A DNA stretch of 64,000 bases from Spirochaetia bacterium (GCA_965203905.1 CBDBDQ010000005.1:5120001-5184000), one strand, 5' to 3'; positions 36,306 through 47,990 are shown, counted from the first letter of the stretch. Notes: generated by a model not told the origin, from the sequence alone. Numbers and translations: made by a program.

Positions 36306-37487
36306 ATGTCCAGCACCTACACCCCCCTCGACGAGGTCCGCCGCAGCATGCGGGTGCGGTGGTATCGCAGTCCGATCGATCCCGCGACGCTGCGCCGCCT
36401 GATGCAGCGCGACGACCGGCGCGGCGCGTTCCAGGCGGTGGGGCACCTGGCGCTGGCAGCGGCCACCGGCGTGCTGACGTACTACCTGTTCACTCGGCGC
36501 CTCTGGGTGGCGTTCGCGCTCGCGCTGCTGTTCCACGGCGCGGTGACCAGCTTCTTCATCTTCGCCTGCCACGAGCTGGTGCACGGTACGGTGTTCAAGA
36601 CCAGGCGGCTCAACCGCCTGTTCCTGCACGTCTATTCCTTCCTGGGCTGGTTCAACGTGCACGACTACGCGCTCAGCCACACCTACCACCACCGTTACAC
36701 GCTGCATCCGGACGGCGACGGCGAGGTGGTGCTGCCGAAGACGCCCTCCCTGCGCCTGCTCTACCTGCTCCAGCTCTGCACCATCAACATCACCGGCGGG
36801 TTCGAGTCCAGCGGCCTGGTACCGACCCTGCGCTACATCGGCGGCACCGCGTTCGGATTCTTCCCGCGCCGGCTGCGGGACGGTGAGCCGGAAACCGGCG
36901 GCAGGATGGGCGACGAGTGGGTACGGGCGCTGTATGCCACCCACCCCGAGGAGCGCGCCAAGTCGGTGCGCTGGGCGCGACGGACGCTGGCCGGCCACGC
37001 GCTGCTGACCATCGTCGCCTTGGCGGCTGGGCTGTGGCTGCTGCCGGTGCTGGTGAGCTTCCCGATCGTGTTCTGCAACGTGTGGCGCTACTTCATCGGC
37101 GTACCGATGCACTGCGGGTTGCGCGACAACGTGCCGGATTTCCGCAAGTGCGTCCGGTCGATCCGGTTGGATCCGCTGTCCACCTTCGTGTACTGGCGCA
37201 TGAACTGGCACATGGAACACCACATGTACGCCGGCGTGCCGTGCTACAACCTGCGCCGCCTGAGGAGTGCGATCGCCGCCGACCTGCCGCAGGCGCGCAC
37301 GCTGTTCGGCGCGTGGCGGGAGATGCGCGCCATCTGGAAGCGTCAGCAGACCGAGCCGGACTACCAGTACGACACGCCGGTGCCGACGCCGGGCCGGGTG
37401 GCCGGCCGCGACGCTCGGGACGACGACAAGCTGGGCGCCTCGATCGGCGACCTGGCGCCTGGAATACTGGCCCGCGCGGGCACCTGA
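36306..37487 (+). CDS. Membrane fatty-acid desaturase family protein
   Basis: Three His boxes HELVH, HTYHH and HMEHH; hydrophobic segments. Confidence 0.9.
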   Translation: MSSTYTPLDEVRRSMRVRWYRSPIDPATLRRLMQRDDRRGAFQAVGHLALAAATGVLTYYLFTRRLWVAFALALLFHGAVTSFFIFACHELVHGTVFKTRRLNRLFLHVYSFLGWFNVHDYALSHTYHHRYTLHPDGDGEVVLPKTPSLRLLYLLQLCTINITGGFESSGLVPTLRYIGGTAFGFFPRRLRDGEPETGGRMGDEWVRALYATHPEERAKSVRWARRTLAGHALLTIVALAAGLWLLPVLVSFPIVFCNVWRYFIGVPMHCGLRDNVPDFRKCVRSIRLDPLSTFVYWRMNWHMEHHMYAGVPCYNLRRLRSAIAADLPQARTLFGAWREMRAIWKRQQTEPDYQYDTPVPTPGRVAGRDARDDDKLGASIGDLAPGILARAGT

Positions 37488-37623
37488 GCCGGGCCGAACT
37501 CCGGATCGGAGGGCAGATCGGACGGTCGGGCTGGACAATGCCGTCGCCCGTGCGTATTTTCGAGCGCACTTAACTGCCGACGGCACTGCATTTTGCTGCG
37601 CAGCGTCACCGTCATTGCTGAAT

Positions 37624-37710
37624 GGGCCGCCGTATACGCGGCGGCCATGCTCGTTGGGCCGCCGGAATAAGGGCGGCCATGCCCGCCGGGTCGCCGCACA
37701 CGTGGCGGCC
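37624..37710 (+). repeat. Three tandem hairpins with a 32-bp period upstream of the helicase
   Basis: GG(C/T)CGCC-N8-GGCGGCC units starting at 37624, 37656 and 37688. Confidence 0.85.
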
Positions 37711-37766
37711 GGCCCGCTGCGCTGCCGACCTGGCGGCTTCCGCCTGCTTCACATCAAGGATCTTTC

Positions 37767-39029
<1,263 letters not shown>

Positions 39030-39052
39030 AACGCGAACCGGGAGGTCTACGC

Positions 39053-39844
39053 TCAGATCCAGACAGCCGGGGCGCGGTTTTCGGCGCGATGCTCGTAGAG
39101 TAGCTTCACCTCGTCCGGGAACGCATCGAACACCTCGCCCGGGATGGTTGCGGTGTTGACCCCGTACAGTTCCAGATTCAACCACCACGGCGCATACCGG
39201 ACCACCACTGCCGTACGCCGTCCGTCGCTGGGGTTGGCCGCGTTGGAATGCCAGATTCGGCTGTCCATGATGAGCACGCTGCCGGCACTTCCGGTCGCCT
39301 GCAGCTCGCCTCGAATCGGGCTCCGTTGGTCGATGTTGTCGTGCTCGCCGCGGGGATTGCGGGTGTCCAGATGGGTTCGGGGAACGACCCAGGTCGCGCC
39401 GTTCCCGGTAGTGAATTCCGACAGCATCCACAGCGTGGTGATGCCGATCACGGCCTCGGGGAAGGGTTGCGGGATGTGCCATTTCTGGTTCAGGTCATAG
39501 GGGAAGTCGGAGTGGTAGCCGCGCATCAACTCATAGTGAGGGGGGCGCGTCTTGTACTCCGTCTGCGAGATTCTGACCTGGGGCCCCAACACGGCCTTGA
39601 TCACCTGCAGGAGCCGTTCGTTCGCCAGATGCTGCGCAAAGTCGGGCATGAACGCGATGACGTTTCTGCTCCACTTGTCGCGCTGCCGGATGAATTCGCG
39701 GTAATCAGCCTCGGAGGTCTCCACCTGGTCACGGATTGCCGCTACATCCGCCGGCGGAATGACACCTTCCAACACGCACCAGCCCTCGCTTTGCACCTGA
39801 GCGATGTAGGGTGTGACTGCATCCGTCAGACTTTCAGGGGCCAT
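39053..39844 (-). CDS. PhyH-family dioxygenase
   Basis: YHSDFPY, NGATWVVP, DSRIWHSNAAN, RYAPWW; AAGGAG RBS. Confidence 0.9.
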   Translation of the reverse strand: MAPESLTDAVTPYIAQVQSEGWCVLEGVIPPADVAAIRDQVETSEADYREFIRQRDKWSRNVIAFMPDFAQHLANERLLQVIKAVLGPQVRISQTEYKTRPPHYELMRGYHSDFPYDLNQKWHIPQPFPEAVIGITTLWMLSEFTTGNGATWVVPRTHLDTRNPRGEHDNIDQRSPIRGELQATGSAGSVLIMDSRIWHSNAANPSDGRRTAVVVRYAPWWLNLELYGVNTATIPGEVFDAFPDEVKLLYEHRAENRAPAVWI

Positions 39845-39991
39845 TCGCCAGCTCCTTTGGGATCGGCCAGGGACTGTCGCGCGACTCGATTCCGCGACAG
39901 GTGTAGCGCGTGCCAGCGCTCCCGTCAACAACGGCCCCCGCCGCACGCTGCCGGGATCACGTCGGAGCCGATCTGGTAGAATCACCCGGTT

Positions 39992-40948
39992 ATGGGTTTC
40001 AAGTACACCTTGCAGTGCGACACGTTGCCGTGGGTGGGATACAACGTGCTCGAAGAGCCCGAGGTGGTGCTCCAGGCGGCCGCGGAGGCGGGCTACGACG
40101 GCGTCGACCTGCCCGGCGACCCGGCGCGCGTGGATGCCGGCGTGTGGCGCAGGAGGGTAGAGCAGGCGGGCCTCGCGGTTCCGGAGGTGCTCGCTGCCTG
40201 GGGCTACTACCACGCCGGCGAGGAGCGCAACCTGGCCAGCTCCGACCGCGCCACGCGGGCGCGCGCGGTGCAGTACGCCAAGGACACGGTCGACCTGGCG
40301 GCGGATCTGGGGGCCAGCTTCACGGAGCTGTGCGCAGCGCAGCCGGCCGTGCCCCAGTTGCCGTTTCCCATCGAGCCGGTCGCGGCGCTGCGCGCCAACT
40401 TTCGGCAGTCGATCCGCGAGATCTGCGCCCACGCCGCGCCCCGCGGCATCACCATCCTGCTGGAGCCGCTCAACACCTACGAAGGCATCCCCGGGGTGCT
40501 GACCACGCTGTACGAGGCGGTCAACTACGTGGACGAGCTGGGACTCGACAATCTTGGCGTGCAGCCGGACGTGTACCACATGAACATCGAGGAGGGCTCG
40601 ATTCCCGACGCCCTGCGCTACGCCGGCTCGCGCATCAGGCACTTCCACCTCAACGAGACCAACCACTGCCAGCACGGCACCGGCCATGCCGACTACCGGG
40701 AGATCTTCCGCATCCTCAAGGGGATCGGCTACGACGGCTACCTGTGCACCTATATGCCCAAGACCACGCAGGCGATCCTGCAGAGCACGCCGGGCAATCC
40801 GTTCCTGCCGGAGGGGGTTGCCACCGGAGGCGGCGCGCGGCCGGACCTGGCCGAGGTGCTGGGGGGCCTGCTCGGGTTCCTGCGCGAGGTGGAGCGCACC
40901 GTGGACCAGTCGCGGGAATTCTACGAGGCCGGCGGCTGGCGGAGTTGA
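39992..40948 (+). CDS. Sugar phosphate isomerase/epimerase (xylose isomerase-like TIM barrel)
   Basis: LEPLNTYE, DVYHMNIEE, HFHLNETN, GTGHADY. Confidence 0.9.
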   Translation: MGFKYTLQCDTLPWVGYNVLEEPEVVLQAAAEAGYDGVDLPGDPARVDAGVWRRRVEQAGLAVPEVLAAWGYYHAGEERNLASSDRATRARAVQYAKDTVDLAADLGASFTELCAAQPAVPQLPFPIEPVAALRANFRQSIREICAHAAPRGITILLEPLNTYEGIPGVLTTLYEAVNYVDELGLDNLGVQPDVYHMNIEEGSIPDALRYAGSRIRHFHLNETNHCQHGTGHADYREIFRILKGIGYDGYLCTYMPKTTQAILQSTPGNPFLPEGVATGGGARPDLAEVLGGLLGFLREVERTVDQSREFYEAGGWRS

Positions 40949-40955
40949 ACCCCTC

Positions 40956-41900
40956 ATGATCGATTCCACCGCGCTGCTGGCCGATGCCACGGGGTTGCGC
41001 GAGCGCCTGCGCCGTGACGGCTACCTGTTCCTGCCGCGCCTGGTTGCCGCGGAACGGGCGCTGGCGGTCAAGCGCGACATCGTGGCCCTGCTGCGGGAGC
41101 ATTACATCATCGAGGATGACGGCGCCTCGGAGCCGCTGTGGAGCGGGGGACCGCAGCCCACGGAGACGGAGTACCTGGCGTTCTACGAGCGCATCGTGGA
41201 GCTGGACTCGTTTCAGGAGCTGGCCCGGTCTCCGGAGGTGATCGCGGTCGCGGAAACCGTCGCCGGAGGACCGGTGCAGGTGTGGGAGCAGCGATTGGTG
41301 CGCATCGTGTACCCCGACCGGAAGGCCACGGCGGCGCAAGGAGTGGGCGCCCACCAGGACGGCGACCCCACGTTGGGATACCGGGCCAGACACTTCTATA
41401 CCGCGTGGATTTCGCTGATGGAGATCGATGCGGCGCTGGGCGGGCTCGCGGTCGCCCCCGGGTCGCACCGCCTCGGCCTGCTGCGGAGCGCCGGTGCCGC
41501 ACCGAGCTCCGGCGCCGGCAGGACGGCAGCCGGCTACGGTCTGGATCCCGCCACGCTGTCGTGGGTGAGCAGCGAATTCGTTCCCGGCAGCACCGTCATC
41601 TTTCACTGCCGCACCGCGCATCGCGGACTGCCGAATCACTCCGACCGCATTCGCCTGTCGTGCGACTACCGCTATCAGCCGGCCGGCGACAACTCGACCT
41701 GGTTGGCGCATACCCCCGGTCCGGAAGTGCGGCGCACCGCGCAGCAGATCGACGAGGTGCTCTCCAGCCGGGCGCTCTACGTTACCACCCGGGCGACGAC
41801 CGAGCTGATCGGTGAGATCCGCCGGCACATGCTGGAGGAGCGCAGCACCACGCTGCAACGGGCCCGCGAACTGGCGCGGGAGCTGGGCGGGGCGCGATGA
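40956..41900 (+). CDS. PhyH-family dioxygenase
   Basis: AHQD, GGLAVAPGSH, FHCRTAHRGLPN, RLSCDYRYQ. Confidence 0.9.
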   Translation: MIDSTALLADATGLRERLRRDGYLFLPRLVAAERALAVKRDIVALLREHYIIEDDGASEPLWSGGPQPTETEYLAFYERIVELDSFQELARSPEVIAVAETVAGGPVQVWEQRLVRIVYPDRKATAAQGVGAHQDGDPTLGYRARHFYTAWISLMEIDAALGGLAVAPGSHRLGLLRSAGAAPSSGAGRTAAGYGLDPATLSWVSSEFVPGSTVIFHCRTAHRGLPNHSDRIRLSCDYRYQPAGDNSTWLAHTPGPEVRRTAQQIDEVLSSRALYVTTRATTELIGEIRRHMLEERSTTLQRARELARELGGAR

Positions 41901-42730
41901 GTCTCGAGGCACGCCTTGCGGAGCTGGCGGAGCGTGGCTACACCGTCGTGCCCGGCGCGCTGTCGCAGGTGGAAGTGGCGGCGACGCGGCGTGCCGCCCG
42001 CGAGTTGCTGGACGCCGAGGAGGAGGTGGCGCGCGGCACCGGAACCCAGACCGACAATCTGCGCAACAGCCACGCCATCGTCGGCAAGCACCCGCACTTC
42101 TACGAGTTCTATCTCAACCCGCCGGTGATGTGCATCGTGCGCGCGGTGCTCGGGGATGACGCGCTGCTGTACGACGGCAACCTCCGCGTTCCCATGCCCA
42201 CCGGGCAGCGCGACGCGGCCAAGGGTTTTCAGGTGCACGTCGACCGCGAGGACTACACGGTGCTGCCGTTCGTCGGTGGTGCACACTTTCCCATGGCGCT
42301 GAACGTGGTCTGGTGCCTGGTGGATTTCGACAGCCGGAACGGCGCCACCCTGGTGTGGCCCGGGTCCCACCTGTCGTGCCAGGTGCCCGCTGCCGACCTG
42401 GCACCGGACGCCGCGGTTCGGGTCGAGGCGCGTGCCGGGTCGGCGATCGTCTGGGACGCCGCGCTGTGGCACCAGGGCGGCATCAACCGCGGCACCGAAC
42501 CGCGCTGGACGGTGATCGGCTACTACCTGCGCCCCTGGCTGCGCGGCAAGACCGACAGCATCCGCATGCTGCCGCCGGCCGCGGTGCGACGCATGTCGGC
42601 CGCCGCCCGGAGGCTGGTCGGCATCCTGCCCGCCGTGTCCGACTACTCCGAGGTCAAGGCCCTGACCGCCGAACAGATCGCCGCACTGACCCTGGAACAG
42701 CGCAAGGTCCTGGGATTCCCCGTCTACTGA
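41897..42730 (+). CDS. PhyH-family dioxygenase
   Basis: VHVD, NGATLVWPGSH, WDAALWHQGGIN. Confidence 0.9.
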   Translation: MSLEARLAELAERGYTVVPGALSQVEVAATRRAARELLDAEEEVARGTGTQTDNLRNSHAIVGKHPHFYEFYLNPPVMCIVRAVLGDDALLYDGNLRVPMPTGQRDAAKGFQVHVDREDYTVLPFVGGAHFPMALNVVWCLVDFDSRNGATLVWPGSHLSCQVPAADLAPDAAVRVEARAGSAIVWDAALWHQGGINRGTEPRWTVIGYYLRPWLRGKTDSIRMLPPAAVRRMSAAARRLVGILPAVSDYSEVKALTAEQIAALTLEQRKVLGFPVY

Positions 42731-43187
42731 CGCCTGCGCGTACTATGCCCGCGTTCTACGCCTTCGATGCAAGATGTGGGCAAGGGATGTTCCGGAAGGT
42801 AGTGGCCGAGCCGCGGTTCCGACCCCGGTGCCTGCCAGATCGCGGCCTTCAGGGAGCGTGCGTTCGTTCACTATACGATGTGTCCAGGAATGAGCGGGTG
42901 GCAGCCCACCCGCAACGCCGGTCCCACCGATGCCGTGCTGTCACGTCGGCGCCGCGGTGCAGGATTCTGCGAAAACGTGCAAAAAAAAGTTCGCTGAGCA
43001 CTTGACGGGTTTGGCGCTGCTCGTGACGGCCCCCAGCCGCACGTGCCGGCCCCTACGACCCTTCGAACATCCCGCCACGCCCTCCAGGCCCGTCAGCACC
43101 CCGCCAGCGCCGGCCTGCACCCTTCCAGGTGCCCGTCCCGGGACTTGCCGTAACCGGCCATTTCTCAACCATGATTATATTTACGCC

Positions 43188-44780
43188 ATGGCTACTGTGG
43201 CTACCGCGACCGCTACCGGCTTCGCCTCCTCGCTCTCCGGGCTCCCCGACCAGGTGCTGCTGGCGCACACCAGGTCCCTCGTCCTGCACGAGCAGGCGCT
43301 GCAGCTCGCCGTCCTCGACCACCTGCGCGAGATCCACGCGCGCCACCTCCACCTGCGCCTCGGGTTCTCCAGCCTGTTCGACTACGCGGTGCACGAGCTG
43401 GGATATAGCGAGGGTGCCGCCTGGCGCCGTATCAAAGCCATGCGCCTGTGCTCCGAGACCGCCGGGACACGCGAGCGGCTGCAGGACGGCTCGCTCACCC
43501 TGAGCGCGGCGGCACAGTTGCAGAACACCTTCGATCTCCTGGAGCGCACGGCCACCGCCGCCGCGGACCCCGGCTCGGTACCCGCGGCACCGGAGCTGCT
43601 GCCGCGCGGCACGGGGCCGGCGCCGGAGGCTGGGGCTTCGGGGGCGGCGGCAGCGGCGCCGGCGCGTCCGCTGCCGGCGCTGGACGCGGCGCAGCGGCAG
43701 GAGCTGGTGGCGCAGGCGAGCGGCAAGAGCACCCGCGAGGTGAAGCAGTTGTTGGCCGGGGTGGCTCCCGAGCTGGCGCGGCCGGCCGATCGCATGCGCG
43801 CGCTGGGCGAGGGCCGCTGGGAGCTGAAGGTGGTGATCGACGCCGAGTGTCAGTGCGGGATCGAGCAGCTTCAGGCACTGCTGTCGCACGTGGACCCGCA
43901 CCTGACGCTGGGGCAGCTCGTGGAGCGGCTGGTGCAGGACGGCCTGCAGCGCTACGACCCGGGGCGACCGCCGCGCGGGCGCAGAGGTGGGCGCCGGGAG
44001 GCAAGCGCGGGCCAGGCGCCGGAGCCGCAGGCGCAGGAAGGGCCGGCGGGCGGGGCGACTTCGCTGGCGAAGCGGGACGCGCAAGAGCAACCCGGAGGGC
44101 TGTCGCCGCCGGAGGGCACGATAGCCGATGGCAGCACCCCGGCGGCGGCAGCGCTGTCCGCAGAGGAACCCACGCGCGGGATTGGCGGCGCCGGCACCTC
44201 GCCGGTGGCAGCGCTGCCCGCGCCGCCGTCGGGGCGCGAGACTTGCGGCGGCAGCACCCCGGTGAGTGCCAAGCCAGCGGTGGCGGCGCCCGGCACCGCT
44301 CCTTCGGCGGCGAAGTTGGTGGCCGATCGTGGGCCCCACGCCACCGTACCGACGCCACGGCCGACCCCACCGGCCGACCAGAGCATGCCGACCGCGACGG
44401 CAGCGGTAGACCGCTTTCGCAGCGCTCCTTCGCCAACGAAGCGGGCAGGGGTGGCGCAGTTCGATGGCCATTCGCGGTCGCAGCCCGAGGCAGCCGGCCC
44501 GTCCGAAGGCAGCGCGCAGCCGCCCCACCGGGCGCGCCGATCGCGCTACATTCCGGCACCAGTGCGGCGCGAGGTGTGGCACCGCGACGGCGGCTGCTGC
44601 AGTTACGTCGATCCGCACAGCGGGCGGCGCTGCGGCTCCCGCTTCCTGCTGGAGCTCGACCACATCGTTCCCTTCGCGCTCGGCGGCAGCGCTGAGCCGG
44701 GAAATCTCCGCGTTCGCTGTGCTGCCCACCACCGTTTCCGGCATCGGGAGTACGGACGGCCGCCAGACGGGGCCACGTGA
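43188..44780 (+). CDS. HNH endonuclease with helical (DUF222-like) N-terminus and long Pro/Ala linker
   Basis: C-terminal YIPAPVRREVWHRDGGCCSY...LELDHIVPFALGG...NLRVRCAAHH; N-terminal GFSSLFDYAVHELGYSEGAAWRRI; leaderless TATATT-N6-ATG. Confidence 0.88.
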   Translation: MATVATATATGFASSLSGLPDQVLLAHTRSLVLHEQALQLAVLDHLREIHARHLHLRLGFSSLFDYAVHELGYSEGAAWRRIKAMRLCSETAGTRERLQDGSLTLSAAAQLQNTFDLLERTATAAADPGSVPAAPELLPRGTGPAPEAGASGAAAAAPARPLPALDAAQRQELVAQASGKSTREVKQLLAGVAPELARPADRMRALGEGRWELKVVIDAECQCGIEQLQALLSHVDPHLTLGQLVERLVQDGLQRYDPGRPPRGRRGGRREASAGQAPEPQAQEGPAGGATSLAKRDAQEQPGGLSPPEGTIADGSTPAAAALSAEEPTRGIGGAGTSPVAALPAPPSGRETCGGSTPVSAKPAVAAPGTAPSAAKLVADRGPHATVPTPRPTPPADQSMPTATAAVDRFRSAPSPTKRAGVAQFDGHSRSQPEAAGPSEGSAQPPHRARRSRYIPAPVRREVWHRDGGCCSYVDPHSGRRCGSRFLLELDHIVPFALGGSAEPGNLRVRCAAHHRFRHREYGRPPDGAT

Positions 44781-45295
44781 TCGGCGCCTGCCAGGGTGCG
44801 AGTTGGGCGGTTGGGCGTCGGTCCGATGGCAACGGTAGTTACGATTGCCGGCTTGTCGCGTAAGCGTGGGAAAGTCCGGACAGTCCCGTCACCGCTTGCT
44901 CCCCGGATCGCCTGCAGCCCGCCGGCTGGCGGTGCCGAATCCCGCTCCGCCCTCACTTGTCGGCCGCAGGGCCGCCGTGGCCGTCAGCAGGTCCAGCGAC
45001 GCTTCCGGAAGCGCCCTGGCGAGCATGTGGGGACCACGGATCGGCCGCCGATCGGCCATCGTGCGGCCCGTTGTCGCCCTCGGGGATCACCGGCGCGCGA
45101 CTCCGGTTACTCCGGTTTGACACCGCAGTGCCTGTCAAGGAGTGTACTCTCTATTCGGGATTCTTCTGACCACGAGTTTCGCGTGGAGGTGATCAACGAT
45201 AACGTCAAACGCACCCCCGAGATCGAGTTGATGTCGGTCGAACTTGACTTCCGCCCTGGCTCAGATCAACGCGCTCGCCATTCCAGAGCTCGCGA

Positions 45296-46492
45296 TCAAC
45301 CCGGAGGCGCGCCCAGGTAGGGGATGTCGAGCAGCTCGCCGCCGCGGAGGGCCGAGTCGTGGGCGACGATGCCGGGCACGGTGTAGGCCACGGCGTTCCA
45401 CACGTGGTTGGGCGGCTGCGTCCCCTGATGGCAGGAGCGGACGAAGTCGTCGACCAGGAACTGATGGGAGCCGGCGTGGCCGTTGGGGAGCCCGGCGAAC
45501 TCCCGCGGCAGGCGCTCGACCGGATGGATGGGCGCGGCGCCCAGGTGGGTCCCGTCGCGCGAGGTGACGGCTGCCATCTCACCGCCGCCGGCATGCGCCG
45601 GCGCCGTGCGGCAGGTCAGCAGGTCGGACACGTCCAACCAGTCCTCCGCGGCCAGCTCCTTGGTCAGGAACCGTTGCGAGCCCACCGCTTCCTCGAACGA
45701 GCCCTCCGTCCCGAAGACGCTCATGCGCACCGCGCCGGGGTGGCCGATGCGGCGGAACTCGTTGACCCGGCAGGCGCTGCCGTCCGACATCGCGAACAGG
45801 GCGCTCTGGTTGCTGAAGGTGTTGCCGTGGGCGTTGTTCGCCGCCTCGTACACGCCATCCCGGTGGCGGTCGACGAACCCCTGGCAGGAGACGCGAGTCA
45901 TGTGGGCGCCGCTCACCGACATGATCTGGCTGGTGGAGTGGGTGGGGTAGTACATGGGCGGCGCGCCGGCGTTCCAGCGCCAGCGGTCTCCCGCCCGCCA
46001 ACGGGCCACGGCGTACAATCCGTGGTCCCAGTCGTGGTAGTACTCGCACTCCGCGTAGACGATGCGCCCGAACGCCCCCTCGGCATGGCGCCGGCGGCAG
46101 TAGATGACCGCCGGGTAGTAGTAGCTGGTCTCGGCCATCATGTAGATGCGGCCGCTCTCCTGCACCGCCTGCACCAGCGCCCGGCACTCCTCGAGCGTGC
46201 ACCCCGCCGGCACCGCGGACCAGGCGTGCTTGCCGGCGCGCAGCGCCTGTACCGCCTGCGGCCCGTGCAGCCACTGCTGGGTGATGATGACGGCGGCATC
46301 GAAATCCGACTCGCACACCTCGTCCAGCGAGGCGAACGACTCCCCGATCCCGTGGCGGGTCTTGTTGCGCTCCAGCTTCTCGGCGTCCAGATCGCAGAGC
46401 GCGATCCGCTCCACCAGCGGGTGCGCCTGGAACAGCGGGATGAACCCTTGCGCGAATGCACCCGTTCCGACCATCGCGACGCTGATACCCAT
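45296..46492 (-). CDS. Gfo/Idh/MocA family oxidoreductase
   Basis: VAMVGTGAF, ALRAGKH, YMMAETSYY, YPTHS. Confidence 0.9.
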   Translation of the reverse strand: MGISVAMVGTGAFAQGFIPLFQAHPLVERIALCDLDAEKLERNKTRHGIGESFASLDEVCESDFDAAVIITQQWLHGPQAVQALRAGKHAWSAVPAGCTLEECRALVQAVQESGRIYMMAETSYYYPAVIYCRRRHAEGAFGRIVYAECEYYHDWDHGLYAVARWRAGDRWRWNAGAPPMYYPTHSTSQIMSVSGAHMTRVSCQGFVDRHRDGVYEAANNAHGNTFSNQSALFAMSDGSACRVNEFRRIGHPGAVRMSVFGTEGSFEEAVGSQRFLTKELAAEDWLDVSDLLTCRTAPAHAGGGEMAAVTSRDGTHLGAAPIHPVERLPREFAGLPNGHAGSHQFLVDDFVRSCHQGTQPPNHVWNAVAYTVPGIVAHDSALRGGELLDIPYLGAPPG

Positions 46493-46520
46493 CAGGCTGC
46501 TTTCGTGTGGCCACCAGTAG

Positions 46521-47978
46521 CTACCAGCGCATGTTGATGTTCTTGACCCGGGTGTGGCTCAGCAGCTCCTCGAACGACTCCTCCTTGCCGATGCCGCTCT
46601 GCTTCCAGCCGCCGTAGGGCGCGCCGAGGTAGCGGCCCGACGAGTTGATCCACACGTAGCCCGCCTGCAACCGCTCGGCGGCGCGCATCGCCGCGCCGAA
46701 GTCGTTGGTCACGATCGAGGCTGTCAGCCCGTACATCACGCCGTTGGCGACTTCGATCATCTCGTCGAAGTCGGACCAGCTCATGATCGCCATCACCGGA
46801 CCGAAGATCTCCTCGCTGCCGATGCGCATCTCGGGCCGCACACGGTCGAACACGGTGGGCTCGATGAAGAAGCCGTTGGCGAGCTCGGGGTCGGGCGGCG
46901 GCCCGCCGCCGGTCAGCAGCTCCGCACCCTCGTCACGGCCGGAGGCGACGTATCCCTGCACCCGCTCGTACTGCGGCCGCGACACGATCGGCCCCATCTC
47001 GGCATCTTCCAGCCAGGGGAGGCCGATCGGGATGGCGGCCGCGACCTTGACCAGCTCGGCGCGCACGCGCTCGTGCAGCGAGCGGTGCACCAGCACCCGC
47101 GAGGTGGAGGAGCACGACTGCCCCTGGCGGTTCATGTTCATCGCCCCTACCGCCAGCGCCGCGGCCTTGGCGGGGTCGGCGTCGGGAAAGATGACGATGG
47201 GATTCTTGCCGCCGAGCTCCAGGGTGACCTCCTTGAGGCTCTCGGCGGCCTCGCGGGCGATGATGCGTCCGGTCTCCACCGAGCCGACGAAGCCGACCCT
47301 CGCCACGTCCCGGTGACGCACCATGGCGGAACCGGTGCCACCATCTCCGGTCACGATGTTCACCACCCCCGGCGGGAAGATCTCCGCGCACAGCTCGCCC
47401 AGCTTCAGGCTCGACAGTGGGGCCTGCTCCGGGCCCTTGATCACCACCGTGTTGCCGGCGGCCAGCGCCGAGGCTGCCTTCTCGGCGCAGAAGCGGAACG
47501 GATGGTTGAACGGGTTGATCCGGGCCACCACGCCGTATGGCTGGCGCAGGGTCAGGTTGAGGTGACCCGACTCGCGCGCCATCGTCTCGCCCTTCACCTC
47601 GGTTACCAGGCCGGCAAAGTAGCGCAGCGCCTCGGCGGTCCAGGTCATGTCCCCGCGCATGCCGGAGATCGCGTTGCCGCTGTCCACCGCGTCCATCAGC
47701 GCCAGGTGGTCGGCGTTGCGCTCGACCGCAGCGGCGAGCCGGCGCAGGTGCTCGGCGCGCCGCGTCACCGGCAGCGCCGCCCACGCCGGGAACGCGGCCT
47801 TGGCGGCGGCGACCGCCCGATCCACGTCGTGCTCGTCGGCCAGCGGCACCGCTCCCAGCAGCTCGCCGTTTGCCGGATTGATGCTGGTGATGGTGTGCCC
47901 GCTATGGGGGGTGACCCACTCGCCGCCGATGAACAGTCCCCGTGGTTCGAATGCCAGATCCGGAGTCGCTGCAGCCAT
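46521..47978 (-). CDS. NAD(P)-dependent aldehyde dehydrogenase (candidate phosphonoacetaldehyde dehydrogenase)
   Basis: PFNHP, LELGGKNP, GQSC catalytic Cys, EEIFGPV; in the phnA operon. Confidence 0.92.
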   Translation of the reverse strand: MAAATPDLAFEPRGLFIGGEWVTPHSGHTITSINPANGELLGAVPLADEHDVDRAVAAAKAAFPAWAALPVTRRAEHLRRLAAAVERNADHLALMDAVDSGNAISGMRGDMTWTAEALRYFAGLVTEVKGETMARESGHLNLTLRQPYGVVARINPFNHPFRFCAEKAASALAAGNTVVIKGPEQAPLSSLKLGELCAEIFPPGVVNIVTGDGGTGSAMVRHRDVARVGFVGSVETGRIIAREAAESLKEVTLELGGKNPIVIFPDADPAKAAALAVGAMNMNRQGQSCSSTSRVLVHRSLHERVRAELVKVAAAIPIGLPWLEDAEMGPIVSRPQYERVQGYVASGRDEGAELLTGGGPPPDPELANGFFIEPTVFDRVRPEMRIGSEEIFGPVMAIMSWSDFDEMIEVANGVMYGLTASIVTNDFGAAMRAAERLQAGYVWINSSGRYLGAPYGGWKQSGIGKEESFEELLSHTRVKNINMRW

Positions 47979-47990
47979 CTCCGTCGCTCC

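Noticed and set aside
37624-37710. Mini-CRISPR interpretation of the 32-bp periodic repeat
   Set aside because: Variable parts are only 8-9 nt, there are three units, and no cas genes are in the window.
44860-44890. GGGAAAGTCCGG resembling the RNase P RNA 5' signature
   Set aside because: The consensus GAGGAAAGTCC is imperfect and no 3' ACAGAA.CCGGCTTA partner is found downstream.
45100-45117. Short tandem duplications (ACTCCGGTT x2; similar at 23059-23076 and 26594-26613)
   Set aside because: Ordinary slippage duplications with no shared motif.
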